Positions 12,128 through 23,123 of a stretch of 64,000 nt of DNA are shown one piece after another. A model generated the notes under the pieces. It did no database searches. It saw only the letters and a program-made list of their open reading frames with translations, and was not told where the DNA came from. Each line of letters begins with the position of its first letter. The first letter of the stretch is position 1. This DNA comes from Mesotaenium endlicherianum (Eukaryota), in contig WELA01003305.1 in assembly GCA_009602735.1 (NCBI GenBank), positions 27,621-91,620 on the forward strand, written 5' to 3'. A program made the translations under genes and the position numbers.

Positions 12128-12304
12128 NTCGAGCTAACGATGTGTGTGCAAGTTGTAACATGTTTCACCGCTTGACACCTGTGTCACTCGTGTGCAGCAC
12201 CTCCTTTAATTGCATGGAAGTACAACGTGGTGCCGGAAGAAGGTTCCCCAGAAGCTGCCTTGCTGGACGTGTTGAAACACCCGAGAGAACATTGGGCCGC
12301 TTAA
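5507..12304 (+). CDS. hemF: Oxygen-dependent coproporphyrinogen III oxidase (HemF/CPOX family), 7 exons, with N-terminal transit-peptide-like extension
   Basis: Exons 5507-6001, 6483-6556, 7765-7864, 8343-8468, 9814-9865, 10609-11205, 12198-12304; all GT-AG and phase-consistent. Motifs: [139 protein letters not shown]. Confidence 0.95.
6305..6360. repeat. (CT)n microsatellite in CPOX intron 1
   Basis: Perfect dinucleotide run. Confidence 0.95.
6563..6968. repeat. CTG/CTC (CTCCTG-type) low-complexity repeat in CPOX intron 2; a similar tract lies at ~7890-8010
   Basis: Imperfect tri/hexanucleotide array that generates spurious poly-Q/E, poly-L and Cys/Ser ORFs. Confidence 0.9.
7370..7790 (+). 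repeat. Degenerate tandem copies of the CPOX intron 2 acceptor plus exon 3 start
   Basis: GCAG|GTACGGCATCAC occurs with the exon-side G at 7573, 7680 and 7765; a more decayed copy lies at ~7400-7460. Confidence 0.85.
8429..8800 (+). repeat. Degenerate tandem copies of the CPOX exon 4 end plus donor
   Basis: CGCACGTGCCCACCTTCCGCTC..ACGTGCG.TACTTCGAG|GTCCG at 8429-8473 and 8524-8569, with decayed copies at ~8641-8688 and ~8751-8791. Confidence 0.85.
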
Positions 12305-15300
12305 CGACCATATTCCGGCTTGTTGATGGAATACATAAGCCATAGCATCTTTGACTCTTTTGTGCAAGTCTGAGGATGCCCAATGAATTTGTATACTGTA
12401 TACTGTAACCGAGGAGATACCTACAACATGTTGTAAATTTAACTACGGCAATTGTTTTGGCCATGTATGTGTCAGCATTTTATTAAGTGTGTGAACACAA
12501 ATTACTAAGTGTAAGGTGAAGTTGAGGTTAGTTTCGGTATATGTAAATTTTGTTGAGCTCCTCAATTTTGTTTCTATCTTTTTTTGTTCACTTCTTACTA
12601 CTTCCCCTACCTCTGTTAACAAGGATGTCATGGCTCTTTTGTACCCTGCTCAAAGGAAATTAAGTAGACGTGTAGTTGCTTGCTCGTAGAATCTGGAGAC
12701 TTAACACGCCACAGTACAAGCCATCAGTCGTAGTACGCTATCTATACGAATAGCTCGCCATAGAAGAGAGAGTGTAGATATGATACAATTGGGCGACGTT
12801 CAAGTTGTTCCCAATAACTTCTAATGTCATAAGACGCCCTACAAGTTTTCTCAGTTTGCATCTTGTGCTTTGCTTATGCAAGAAAATCAATGAGTGAGGT
12901 CTTAAATGTAGAGAATTTTACCATGAATCTTGTACGTATGTCATCAAACGTTCTTGTGCGGTTCAAACCTTTCCTCGATCTCCGGCATTACTCCAAACGG
13001 GGCAAGCGAAACGTTTCAAAGAAATTGTCCATGCATACTATTGCATTGACTACTCCTCATGAAGGTCAGTCTCATGACATCTTTGTGTTTCTAATCTCAT
13101 TGTGGCGTCACGTTGGAAGAGCGGCTTTTATGCTTGTAGTGTTTAATTTCCTTTCCAATACCACCTGCATCCTGATGTAGAAATGGCAATAGACCTGTGC
13201 AAGTGTAGAAAACAATTTGTTGTTTTAAATTAAAAACAAACGTCCACTATGAATCTAATATTGGTCATAACATGTTAGGGTACCCCAGAGTGCGGTTTGC
13301 CAACCAAGTGCGCAAGAGATTGACTAAAACGTGCAACTCAAATTGTGGAAGCCAACATGTTAGCGTGAAATTTGGGAGAAAAGCGTAAAGTATATTTTCT
13401 TATATTGAAAGTTGGAAGATTGGCGTGAATTTTTTGGAAACATTTGTATGAAGGAATGCAGGCAATGCCATGGGCGGAAAATGCATTGAGTTTATGGTAG
13501 AATGCAAAGTGTCTTGATCCATTCTAATTACTCTAAGAATTGCCGTAAGAGAGTTGCTGAGCTCTCTTGAGTGAACTTTATGAAGGGTGGGTCCTGATAA
13601 AGGGATACAAATTTGGCATCTTTGGTAATCGTGTAAACTATTGCATATTTACGCCATCTTCCAATATGATCAAGAATCTTTCAAAAAATACGCTCAACTT
13701 CCCCCAACTTTGCAAGGTTATGAGATATGAAAACTTGAAATTTTGCTGATTGCTAACAGACGCGGACAACAACGGGAATTGTTATGTCCTAAAAATATTT
13801 TGGACTTATCGGTCACCCAAGTTCTTTCTTTTCACACTTTGAATCAAATTCACACGTGCGTGTATTACGTAATATGCATAAGCAAAATGATGCGTATGCT
13901 CACGTAAATACATAAAGTTTGTAAGACCACAATGCATGGCACATGCGAGCGGTAGCTTTTTAAGAAAGAGGTTTCTTGAAAAATACTTCATCATTTATTT
14001 GGCAAGTACAAGATTCATCCAAGAATGCTACTTGATATTCTACCTCTTCTATATGTACTTGCTATGTGAGCATTTTCTACAAAGGAGAGTACTGATGTGT
14101 TTGCAGCCTACACATTTTAAGACTTGCTATTTTTTACTCTATACGATTATCTCACCTTATGAATTATTTTGACAATGGGTCAAGTAGAGCAATATAATTG
14201 GTTCACAATTCATTTGCAAATTGATCGTTGACAATTATCATACGACCACACATGATGTCAATGAAAAGTCATTGTGTGCAATATACGTGACCCAAAAGTA
14301 TGTTTTATAATTGTATGGATATTTGCAATATATTTTCTTTGAGAGTTTCTAAGAATACAACTTGATGTTAATAACACGTAAAAACATGTGCATCAATTGC
14401 AAACAATAATAAAAGCAATTGTGAACCCAAATCGACAACTTGGAAGGAAATTTATGATATGAACGTGAAGTCATTATTAAAGGGTTAAAAGTACCACTGT
14501 TAGCAATCGTAATTTGTATATTTTTGACCTTGTCATAACCTAATGCGGAATTCACTTTCGGGATTATGAATAAAGTAATGAGAATGTGGGCGGCAGGGGT
14601 CCGAAAGCAGTTTCCAGCCACTTGCTAGTAAGTCGTTGAAAAACCCAATTTGTTTGCACTGCATCGTGGACCATTTTCTTGGTGCCTCTACATACAAAAA
14701 TATATATAACTTTGTTAACCTTTACAAGATCATTTATTGGTTGTGAAGGTAAAGTTCAGACTACTTTGTGTTGGAAAATAGTGTAAAGAGTCTTTCATAT
14801 CTAATTAAACAGTAAAAACATTTGTGAGCAATGAAACGTTTCAGGATAAAAATAAACATCATATTTTCTTGTCATTGACCTTACGAGGCAATTGATGGCA
14901 CAAACTTAGCATGTAATAATTTATGCGCATCATGAATGTTGTCTTTATCAATGCCTAGTTGCTTTCTAGTCTCACAAGTACATTTGATCAAACACAACGT
15001 TATTGCATCAATGTTCCTTCAAAGTTGAAGATAAGCATATACAACTCGAAGTTCACATTGTGACAGATATACAATGATTTCTCCAAATTTTCAAGAAAAC
15101 AAGCAAGCAAGTCTCTTATACATAGTGGCCATGGACTCAAGCCTCACTCAAAACAAAACAATGACTTTGTTGTACTTATATGACCGACAATTGAGTTATC
15201 GCTATTCACTTTTTTCCTTGTTGAGTCTACCTTCTCGATTGGGTTGACACTTAAATTGCAATGTTGCTATTACAAGACATGTCCCTTTTGTAAGGGTATC

Positions 15301-15771
15301 AACATTTGTGACACATTTAGTGCATGATTTTTGCGCTTACTATCATGGGCATTCTCATACGATTTTTCTTGGCGTCAACAAACTTGGGCACATGTTATAG
15401 ACACTACTTAGCCAGTCTTTACATGAGCGCGTCAAGAACTTCTCCGCGTGCCTTTCAAAATGTGGCCTATTATAAAATGTCTAGTATACGGATTACTTGA
15501 GACATGTTTTCAACTTGACACTTTTTTTTGGTGTTGTAAGAGTAGATTACTCGAGTTAATGACAATATCAGCGTAACCCCAAACTTTGTCGCTGAATTTG
15601 AAGGCAAGCCGGTAGTGGACCCAAGTGGACTCCATTCGATGGACTTGCATTTGGCACGTTGAGCTATGCGACAAAGCTGGACACTAGTAAAAAGCCGAGC
15701 TCAGTTCAGCACTCTTTAAAGGGGTGAGATCTGTCTTTCTTTCGGACATAGAGATAATATACTTTAGAAAC

Positions 15772-18416
15772 ATGGCTACAGCAATCAGCCAGACGGCTCT
15801 TCTTTCCTCGTCTGGTCTTTACAATGCCTGCATTGCCCTCAGTTCTCGTCAAAGTTGTTCGCAAGCAAGGCTGGGTGCACTTTCCAAGCGCTTTACAGGC
15901 AATGTCTCTTCGCTTCGTCGCAATGTGCTCTCATGTACCGCCAAGCGCTCAACAAGGAACTTAGTATTTGCGCAAGCTGCTTCGGACGAGAGTAGCACTG
16001 CTGAGACTGTAGCTGCCATTGGAGGCCTCGTATCCGTCCCCGTGGTGGCCTACTCCCTCTTCGTCCTGAAAACAACAGGTAAATGTTGTGCTTCAGTCAT
16101 TCCTGAGGGAGGCGAGGGGTATGGTGTAACTGCTTTCTCATTCCCAGTACGAGAAATAGTTTTCCTTGCCCTATGCTTGTGAAAGTTTGTGCATGTTTCG
16201 ATTCTATTTTTGAAGACTTGGCGCCCATATGGTCAGAAGCCGGACGCCATGGAAGCAATAGAAATACTCGAAGCTTCAAGTGGGGATTCATAAGGACTGG
16301 AAATTCGTATGTCTCGCCTTACTGTGACTCTCGAGAGTGACTCGAAATGTTTATTCGATGTTGCTTCTCAGCAAGTACATTCTTGACCTTGATAGGTGCA
16401 GAGCGTGCATACGAGGTTCTCAAGAGCCGTACGAAACAATGCTTCCTCGATCAGCCAAGAGCTGCTATACACACTGAATTTCAGCTTACGACATTACTCA
16501 CACTAAGCAACAGACTCTTTAGCTCACTGGGAGCAATGCAAGCACCTTCAGTGCCTCCCAGTAACCTTTAGCATCATGCACGCCCCTCCCATGACATGCC
16601 GTCAGCATCTCCTCTGAAAAGGCAGGACTGAAGCTGTAACTCTTGGCCACCCCGGGCTTGTCCAGACTGCACCTCACGTGTTTAGAGAGAGGCTGCAGAA
16701 GGAGGCTACAGGAGTAGGCTGTAGGAGTAGGCTGTAGGGGTAGGGTATCAGAGTAACCTGGTTGTGGGGTAGGCTGGTCAGACCATTCTCCTTCTCCATC
16801 CTCTGACTCCCTCGCTGCTTCACCAGCGACCGGCTGGCTCACTTTTCTGCATGAGGCAATTTCTGCATGAGGCTCTCTCTGTGCATGAGGTACGTGCAGA
16901 GGCACCAAGAAGGTACTGAGGCTCTCTCTGCATGAGGTACTGGGGGGCTCCTGGACCGTCCAGCTTCTCCTCCCACGAGTTTGGAGTCTCCCAGCGGCAG
17001 GCAGTACAGGTGTCCTCTAGGGTGCCCTCTAGAGTGCCGTCTCTAGGGTGCCTTGTTGGGTGCCGCCTCAGAGCAGTGCATGCCATTTAGGGTGCCGCCT
17101 CAGAGCAATGCGTGTCCTTAGGGTGCCGCCTCAGGGCAGCGATGCCGCCTCGGGGCAGAGGTGCCGTCTGGGATGCCATCTCAGGGCCAAATGGGGCCGC
17201 CCTATGGAACGGCACGGGCGGCAGCGCCACCTCATGGGACGGCACAAGCGGCAGGGCCCCCCCACCCCATGGGATGGCACGGGTGCCGTCCCGAGGTGTG
17301 GGAAAGCTGAGGGCTGTGGGCACCCAAACCTTTGGGGGGGGCTTGAGCTTCTCCCAGCCTTGCGCGGGGAGAGCAAGGATATGGAGGAGGAGGTGGCACG
17401 CCCTCGGCCAGGCCTGCAAGAGGCCTGCAAAAGCCAGCTCCCTCTTGTCCTTGCATGGGGAAAGCCAGGACTGGGAAAGCCTGGGAAAATTAGCCGGGGA
17501 AAATCCGTCCCTCTCATCTTTGCATGGGGGAAAGCAGAGAGGAGGGAAGCCAGCTCACGTCGGCCAGCGCAAGCCAGCTGGCGATCCAGAAGAGTAGAAG
17601 CACAGCAGTTTGTCCGTTGGGGCGGCTACTAAGGCTACTAACCGCGTCCACTTCCTCAACAACCTCAATTCGCACGTCATTACGTAGAATGCAGACGATA
17701 ACATACACGTAAGAATAGAATATAAGAATATATACTAAGCTTGACTACTTGCACTCATGTCCTCGTGCACACTTCGTGCGTCGAGTGCCTGACGGTGGGT
17801 CTCCCGATAACAAACGCCGCTAAATCGCACCCCCCCCCCCCCCCCCNNNNNNNNNNNNNNNNNNNNNNNNNNNNNNNNNNNNNNNNNNNNNNNNNNNNNN
17901 NNNNNNNNNNNNNNNNNNNNNNNNNNNNNNNNNNNNNNNNNNNNNNNNNNNNNNNNNNNNNNNNNNNNNNNNNNNNNNNNNNNNNNNNNNNNNNNNNNNN
18001 NNNNNNNNNNNNNNNNNNNNNNNNNNNNNNNNNNNNNNNNNNNNNNNNNNNNNNNNNNNNNNNNNNNNNNNNNNNNNNNNNNNNNNNNNNNNNNNNCCCC
18101 CCCCCCCCCCTTCCATGTGCTGTCCCTGGCATGGCTGTGCACGCTGGCAGGATGCGGCCTGCCGCCCGGGCCAGGTGGCAGCGTGGGAGCCCTGGAGGGC
18201 GTGAGCTACCTCGTCATCCTCGGATTGGTCGGCTGGTCCGCGTACACCAAGGTCAAGACGGGATCGGGCCTCCCCAACGGCCCCTTCGGCATTTTGGGAG
18301 CCGTTGAGGGGCTCTCGTACCTTGTGCTTCTGGCAGCCATAGTCGTGTTTGGGCTTCAGCTCGTTGACTACGGCTTCATTCCCCCCCCTGTTCCGGGGGA
18401 GCAGTGCTTTGGTTGA
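15772..18416 (+). CDS. Conserved small plastid-targeted membrane protein of unknown function (resembles the Arabidopsis At3g50685-type family), 2 exons
   Basis: Exon 1 15772-16078 (Ser/Arg-rich transit-like N-terminus; ends LKTTG|GTAAAT). Exon 2 18151-18416 (gcag|GA TGC). Two GLPxGPxG..GAxEGxSYL repeats, each followed by a hydrophobic helix; ends QCFG*. Family identity is recalled, not searched. Confidence 0.85.
17019..17290. repeat. GC-rich degenerate minisatellite (AGGGTGCCGCCTCAG-like units) in an intron
   Basis: Repeated gggtgccgcctcag / gtgccgtc units; short duplications also at 16846-16940 and 17450-17535. Confidence 0.65.
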
Positions 18417-20966
18417 TAAATCATGTAATCATGGTGTCTTCAATATGTTGGCCTTTTTTGGTGCTCTGCAAAGGTGGGGGCAGAAAACCAGAGTTGCTAT
18501 ATTTTTTCTTCTCCTTTTTCTGTTGATGTTATGTGCTATGAGTAATTTGCAACGCCGTGTCGGAGTTGAACCCGGCACTTTCCAAACTGGCTGAGAGTGT
18601 CCCAGTCGGCTCCTGGTTGTTTGCAAAGCAATTGCAAAATCGGCTGGATCAGGGGCAGCGGTGTGCTTACACAGAGACGAGCTCGAGTTCTTACAATCCA
18701 AATCCAAGGTGAGCTGTGCAGTCCAGTTTAGCAATATCATTGCAATAAGCTGTGTCGAGGCCGCTCTGGTTACTCTCGTCTCCTTATACGGTGTCAGTTC
18801 TGCACTAATAACATCTAACAATAAGCCCAATCTCATGAAATAAGGGTCCAGTCAAATGAGTTGCAATTGTGTGGTGGTCTATTGAATTGAACTGGAGGTT
18901 TTGTGTCAAGTGCTACAAGTAAGAACTTTTGACGTAAAACAATGAAGCGGGTAGTTTGTTCACTAAGAGACGCTACAGGCATAATTCATGTTTGGTGTAT
19001 AGCTGCAACGAGCCCACTGACTGCTGGTAAAATGAATGCTTTCATAGACTGCGGACAAGTCCACCACAGATCCTTCTAAATGATGTAGGGCACCTTCCTG
19101 GTGTAACAAGTCAAGGAATGATTTTGACTTACTCATCTCTTTCTTTCTTCAAACCACGCGCTTTAATACTGGTCTAAGCCAGCTAGCTAGCTGGTGTTGA
19201 AGCTAGCCCCAGGAACTCTCAAATTTCGCACTCATTTTAATCATACCCAGTGTCATTCTTCCACCATGAATGCATGCGCCAAAACAATGTCAAGATCCCA
19301 ATCGAGTGCACGCTTTTCTCTTCCAATGGGAACGAGAACCATGCTACATACCAAAGGTGTCTTCACCACATGCAGCCATTGTTGGCGAATTGAAGACACA
19401 GCATGCATGCAAAGACTCCGGCAAAGGCAGCGACATCGAGCTTTAGGAAGAAGCATGCATGCCGGCCATGTAAGCTCCTCCCCCAGGCTGGGCAAGGGAG
19501 CCAGAATGCTAGCCTCTGGCTGATTGACATCACTCAATTGACACCTGGATCGCCCGTGCACTTGGTTCAAGGGTGCGTGCTGCTGCTGCTGCAAGCTGCC
19601 ATCAAACATTGCAGCGCAGCTCTCCCTCCTCCGTGCAGTGGTGGTGGTCATATACCCTCGCTTTATGACATGCGCTGTCACTTCCCATGGGTGAGCTCGC
19701 TTACAGCCGGCCTGCTGAGCAGCACGCAAGCCAGCGCCGTCACTATTCAGAGGTGAGACTGGTTACGGCCAGACTGCTGAGCAGCACGAAGCCAAGTGGC
19801 TCTCATGCAAAACTCAGTCCGCAGAGAAGATGACAGCAGCCGCTCGAGAAAACTCGAGAAAGATAGTCACACCGCGTGCCATGCGCAACAAGTACTCATC
19901 AGTTGCAAGTAACAAGACACCCAAAGCAACGGATCAGATGCGGGCAACGGACCAGAGCAGGTAATGTGCAGCCAAAAGGGACAGAGCTCTGTACGAGAGC
20001 TCCTCACCACAATAGGCAAGTCAACATATTAACTAACAAGGTCACTGCACCACAACAGTTGACAAGGGTACCACCGCAAGCAACAACTCGCTGTAAGTGT
20101 AGGGTTTTTCAACTAACCATGCCCCGGAGCCCTTGGTGCAAGAGGGAGGGAGAGGGGAAGAGAGAGTGAGAGAGAATGATAATGTAAGTTGATCGTTTGA
20201 ATCTTATTCTTACATCCTTCCTATAATATGTACATCTACTTCCTAGTTGCTGACCTTGCTTCCACAGGGAAGCCCTTGCTTGCTTGCCCCTGCCTCGTCT
20301 GCCTGTCAGCATCACCCCCTGTATGTCCTCCCCAGTATGTTCTCCCATAGGTTGCACGCGTGGCGTCATACTGAGTGGCAAGAGTGGCCGACCTATGAGC
20401 CAGTGTTTTCCCATAGGCCGCACACGTGGCGCCGTATTTAGTGGGCCAGCCTATACGCCTCAATAGAGCTACAAATCACAGAGGGCATAAAGCACATCAA
20501 ACTCGCTATTGGCTAGACAACCCACTCCTCCTCCTCCCCCTTCTCCTCCAGCTACTACACCAACTACTACTACTACTACTACTACTATATGGCAGGCCCC
20601 CGGAGGGAGAACCTCTTTTGCTCCCTCTTATTCGGCGGACTTTCACCTGCAACCGTGCCAACCAGCCATCAACATCCAATGCTCTGCCCCTCCCACACAT
20701 CATCTCGTATGCAGCAAGTGTCTGCAAGTACTTGAATGGAAGCTGGGAAAGCGTTCGGCTCCTTAAAAACGCAAGAGTATCCCACAAGGTGGACCTACGA
20801 GGGAGGACCCTTATCGAGGAGGTAGCTCACACGAGAGGGGCGAACAGGGAGGGAGAAGGCAAAGGGGGGTTAGAGGGCGAGAAGAGATGGGGGGGGAGAG
20901 GGGGGGGGTAGAGAGGCCGGTGGCGGGAGGTGGGGGTGGGTCTGGCGGCGGAGGGGAAAGGCGGTT

Positions 20967-23123
20967 TCAGTGAGCGCCCGCCCCTGCAGTGAGCAGGAGG
21001 GGCATGGTGCTGCCAGCCTTGCCGAGGGAGTGCAGGGCCACGGCGAAGCACACGGAGGTGGCCACGCCCGCCTTGGCAGCCATGGCCTTAACGACGCGGG
21101 AGGTCGTGGAGAGCACGCCGTCGTCGCCCATGCCGGGGACGAGGTAGCTAATCAGGCTCATGGCCGTGCTGCGACCGGCGGCGCCGCCCGGCCGCCTCGC
21201 ACCGCGCGCGCGCGCGTGCTCCTCCACCTCCTTCCCGAGCTCCTCCTGCAGCGCCTGCCCCCCGCCCGTCGAGCGCAGCATCTGCACGCAGATGGCCATG
21301 AAGGCGCGCACCCCCTGCGCTGACATGGCGCCCGCCACCTCCAGCACGAGCTTGCGCGTCTCCGGGACCGCCAGCATCTGCCCCAGCTCGCCCTGCCAGC
21401 TGGCAGCCGCCCCCGCCCCCAACGGCCTCTTCCCCCTCCTTGCCGCCGCGGCCGCCGACGGCCCCCCCCCGTGCCGCGGCGCAGCGGGGGTCTGCCACCG
21501 CCGCCCGCCCACGGGATCGAAATCGCTCTCGGCCGCATGAGCTGGCGGCCTGCCGCCGGGCGATGCCTTGCTGGCGGCATGGGAACGCGAGAAGGCAGCG
21601 CCCGGCCCCCCTGTTCCTCCTCTGTGTCCTGCCCCCGCCCCGGTCTCTGCCCCTGCCTCGACTGCTGCAGCTCCTGCCAGAGCGCCGTCAACCGCGGCTC
21701 CTGATAGGGCCCCACCTGCTGCTGCAGCTCCTGCAAGGGCCCCGTCACCGTCCACCCCGGCTCCAGCAGGGGCCCCCTCGGCTCCAGCAAGGGCCCCACC
21801 TGCAGCAGCTCCTGTGAGGGCCCCCTCGGCTGCTTCTCGCCTGAGAGACGGCAGAAGAGGCTGCACGCGCTGGAAGTCAGGGGGAGCAATCCCCTCGTCG
21901 TCGGAGTCCTCCACCAGCTCCTTCGCAGGGGCTTCTGCCGATGCCGGAGGGCTGCTGCCCATGCCCATGCCCATGCCCTCCCTGTCACTACCCCCGATGC
22001 TCCCCCCGAAACTCGTCTCCAGAAGGTTCCTTCTGGCGGAGGGGTGGCACGCCTCCTGCTCCTGCTCCTGCTCCTGCACCTGCACCTGCTCCCAGGCACA
22101 AGGGGCGGTGGCTCCAGCTCCTCCGGCGTCCTGGGTCAGGACTTCGTGGGAGGTCCGCACAAACGACTCGACAGCGCCACCGCAGACAGATGTCAGGAGC
22201 TCCTTGACCGGCTGCCGGTTGGCGGGGCTCGTCATGGACGCCAGCATGTCCTCGCACACATTGACCTCCCGCGTACTCTCCAGGAACGTCGAGACGGCAC
22301 TGGAGGCAAACGCGGAGATGCACGCGGTCAGCAGGCCCCTCCCCCTCTCGCTGTTTGCCAGGTCCAGAAGGACCTCCCAGTGGGACTCTCCCCATACTCC
22401 TCCCTGCAGCTGACCCTGAGACTGCCCCTGAGGCTGCCCCCCAGGCTCAACCCCACCACATGGCCTGCTTCGAGCGTTTGGGGCTCCAAACCCCGGGCTC
22501 TGAATACCTAGCGGACCGTCGCTTAAACCCTGCTGCTGTTGCTGTGCAAGCCTGTACTGTTCCATGGACGTGGTCACCAGGGACCGCACTGCTTCCCCTA
22601 CAACTGCTGACGCAAAACCCTTGCCGGCATCAGAGAAGACCTTGTCCAGCAGGCGCTCTGGGAGCTTGGCCCAGGGGTCCAAATTTGGAGCGTGGCGCTT
22701 GGACCTGGAGGAGCCTGGCACCTTATTAGGGTTTGGAGCAGTCACAGCGCCTGCATCTAAGATGGACGATGAAGGGGAGGCACTAACAGACCCGAGGTAG
22801 AGCCCCCGCACGAAGGAGCCGGAACTCGTCGCCACTGCTTGCTGGAACTCGGGCGACTGTACCAACTTCAGGATCTGCCTCACGCTCTTTGGGACTTCAC
22901 CCCCCTCGCCATGGATGAAATTTCTGAGGTCGGCAGCAACAGTCGCCGAAACTTCACTGGTACTAATAAATGCATCGGACAGATGGCTCACCGCCCGCAG
23001 AAAGTCTCTCCATTTCCGGTACTTCTCCCCACAGTACTCACTTCTGTAGACACGGTACCCAATATATCCCCCCCCAACTATTGCAGCAGATGTGAAGATG
23101 ATGGCCTTCTTCCTACTCCTCAT
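20967..23123 (-). CDS. PP2A10: PHLOEM PROTEIN 2-LIKE A10 family membrane protein, single coding exon, with long Gly/Ala low-complexity insertion
   Basis: Basic RSRKK followed by a TM segment (GGGYIGYRVY); DLRNFI....EVPKSVRQI.K...SPEF; DKVFSDAGKGFASAVVG; FASSAVSTFLEST.EVN; LLTSVCGGAVESFVRTSHEVLT; LAVPETRKLVLEVAG; C-terminal hydrophobic segment. ATG at 23123. Confidence 0.8.
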   Translation of the reverse strand: MRSRKKAIIFTSAAIVGGGYIGYRVYRSEYCGEKYRKWRDFLRAVSHLSDAFISTSEVSATVAADLRNFIHGEGGEVPKSVRQILKLVQSPEFQQAVATSSGSFVRGLYLGSVSASPSSSILDAGAVTAPNPNKVPGSSRSKRHAPNLDPWAKLPERLLDKVFSDAGKGFASAVVGEAVRSLVTTSMEQYRLAQQQQQGLSDGPLGIQSPGFGAPNARSRPCGGVEPGGQPQGQSQGQLQGGVWGESHWEVLLDLANSERGRGLLTACISAFASSAVSTFLESTREVNVCEDMLASMTSPANRQPVKELLTSVCGGAVESFVRTSHEVLTQDAGGAGATAPCAWEQVQVQEQEQEQEACHPSARRNLLETSFGGSIGGSDREGMGMGMGSSPPASAEAPAKELVEDSDDEGIAPPDFQRVQPLLPSLRREAAEGALTGAAAGGALAGAEGAPAGAGVDGDGALAGAAAAGGALSGAAVDGALAGAAAVEAGAETGAGAGHRGGTGGPGAAFSRSHAASKASPGGRPPAHAAESDFDPVGGRRWQTPAAPRHGGGPSAAAAARRGKRPLGAGAAASWQGELGQMLAVPETRKLVLEVAGAMSAQGVRAFMAICVQMLRSTGGGQALQEELGKEVEEHARARGARRPGGAAGRSTAMSLISYLVPGMGDDGVLSTTSRVVKAMAAKAGVATSVCFAVALHSLGKAGSTMPLLLTAGAGAH

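Noticed and set aside
12037..12128. Poly-C run giving poly-Pro/Gly ORFs
   Set aside because: Homopolymer next to an N inside CPOX intron 6; its length is unreliable.
12600..15600. AT-rich intergenic DNA (also 24200-28300 and 60700-63500) as decayed transposase
   Set aside because: Only short ORFs without credible catalytic motifs; a translated repeat-library search is needed.
18546..18627. tRNA-like element on the minus strand (B-box GGTTCAACTCC, 7-bp closing stem)
   Set aside because: No convincing D or anticodon arms, and the B-box to 3' end spacing is non-canonical; tRNAscan-SE or Infernal would be needed to support it.
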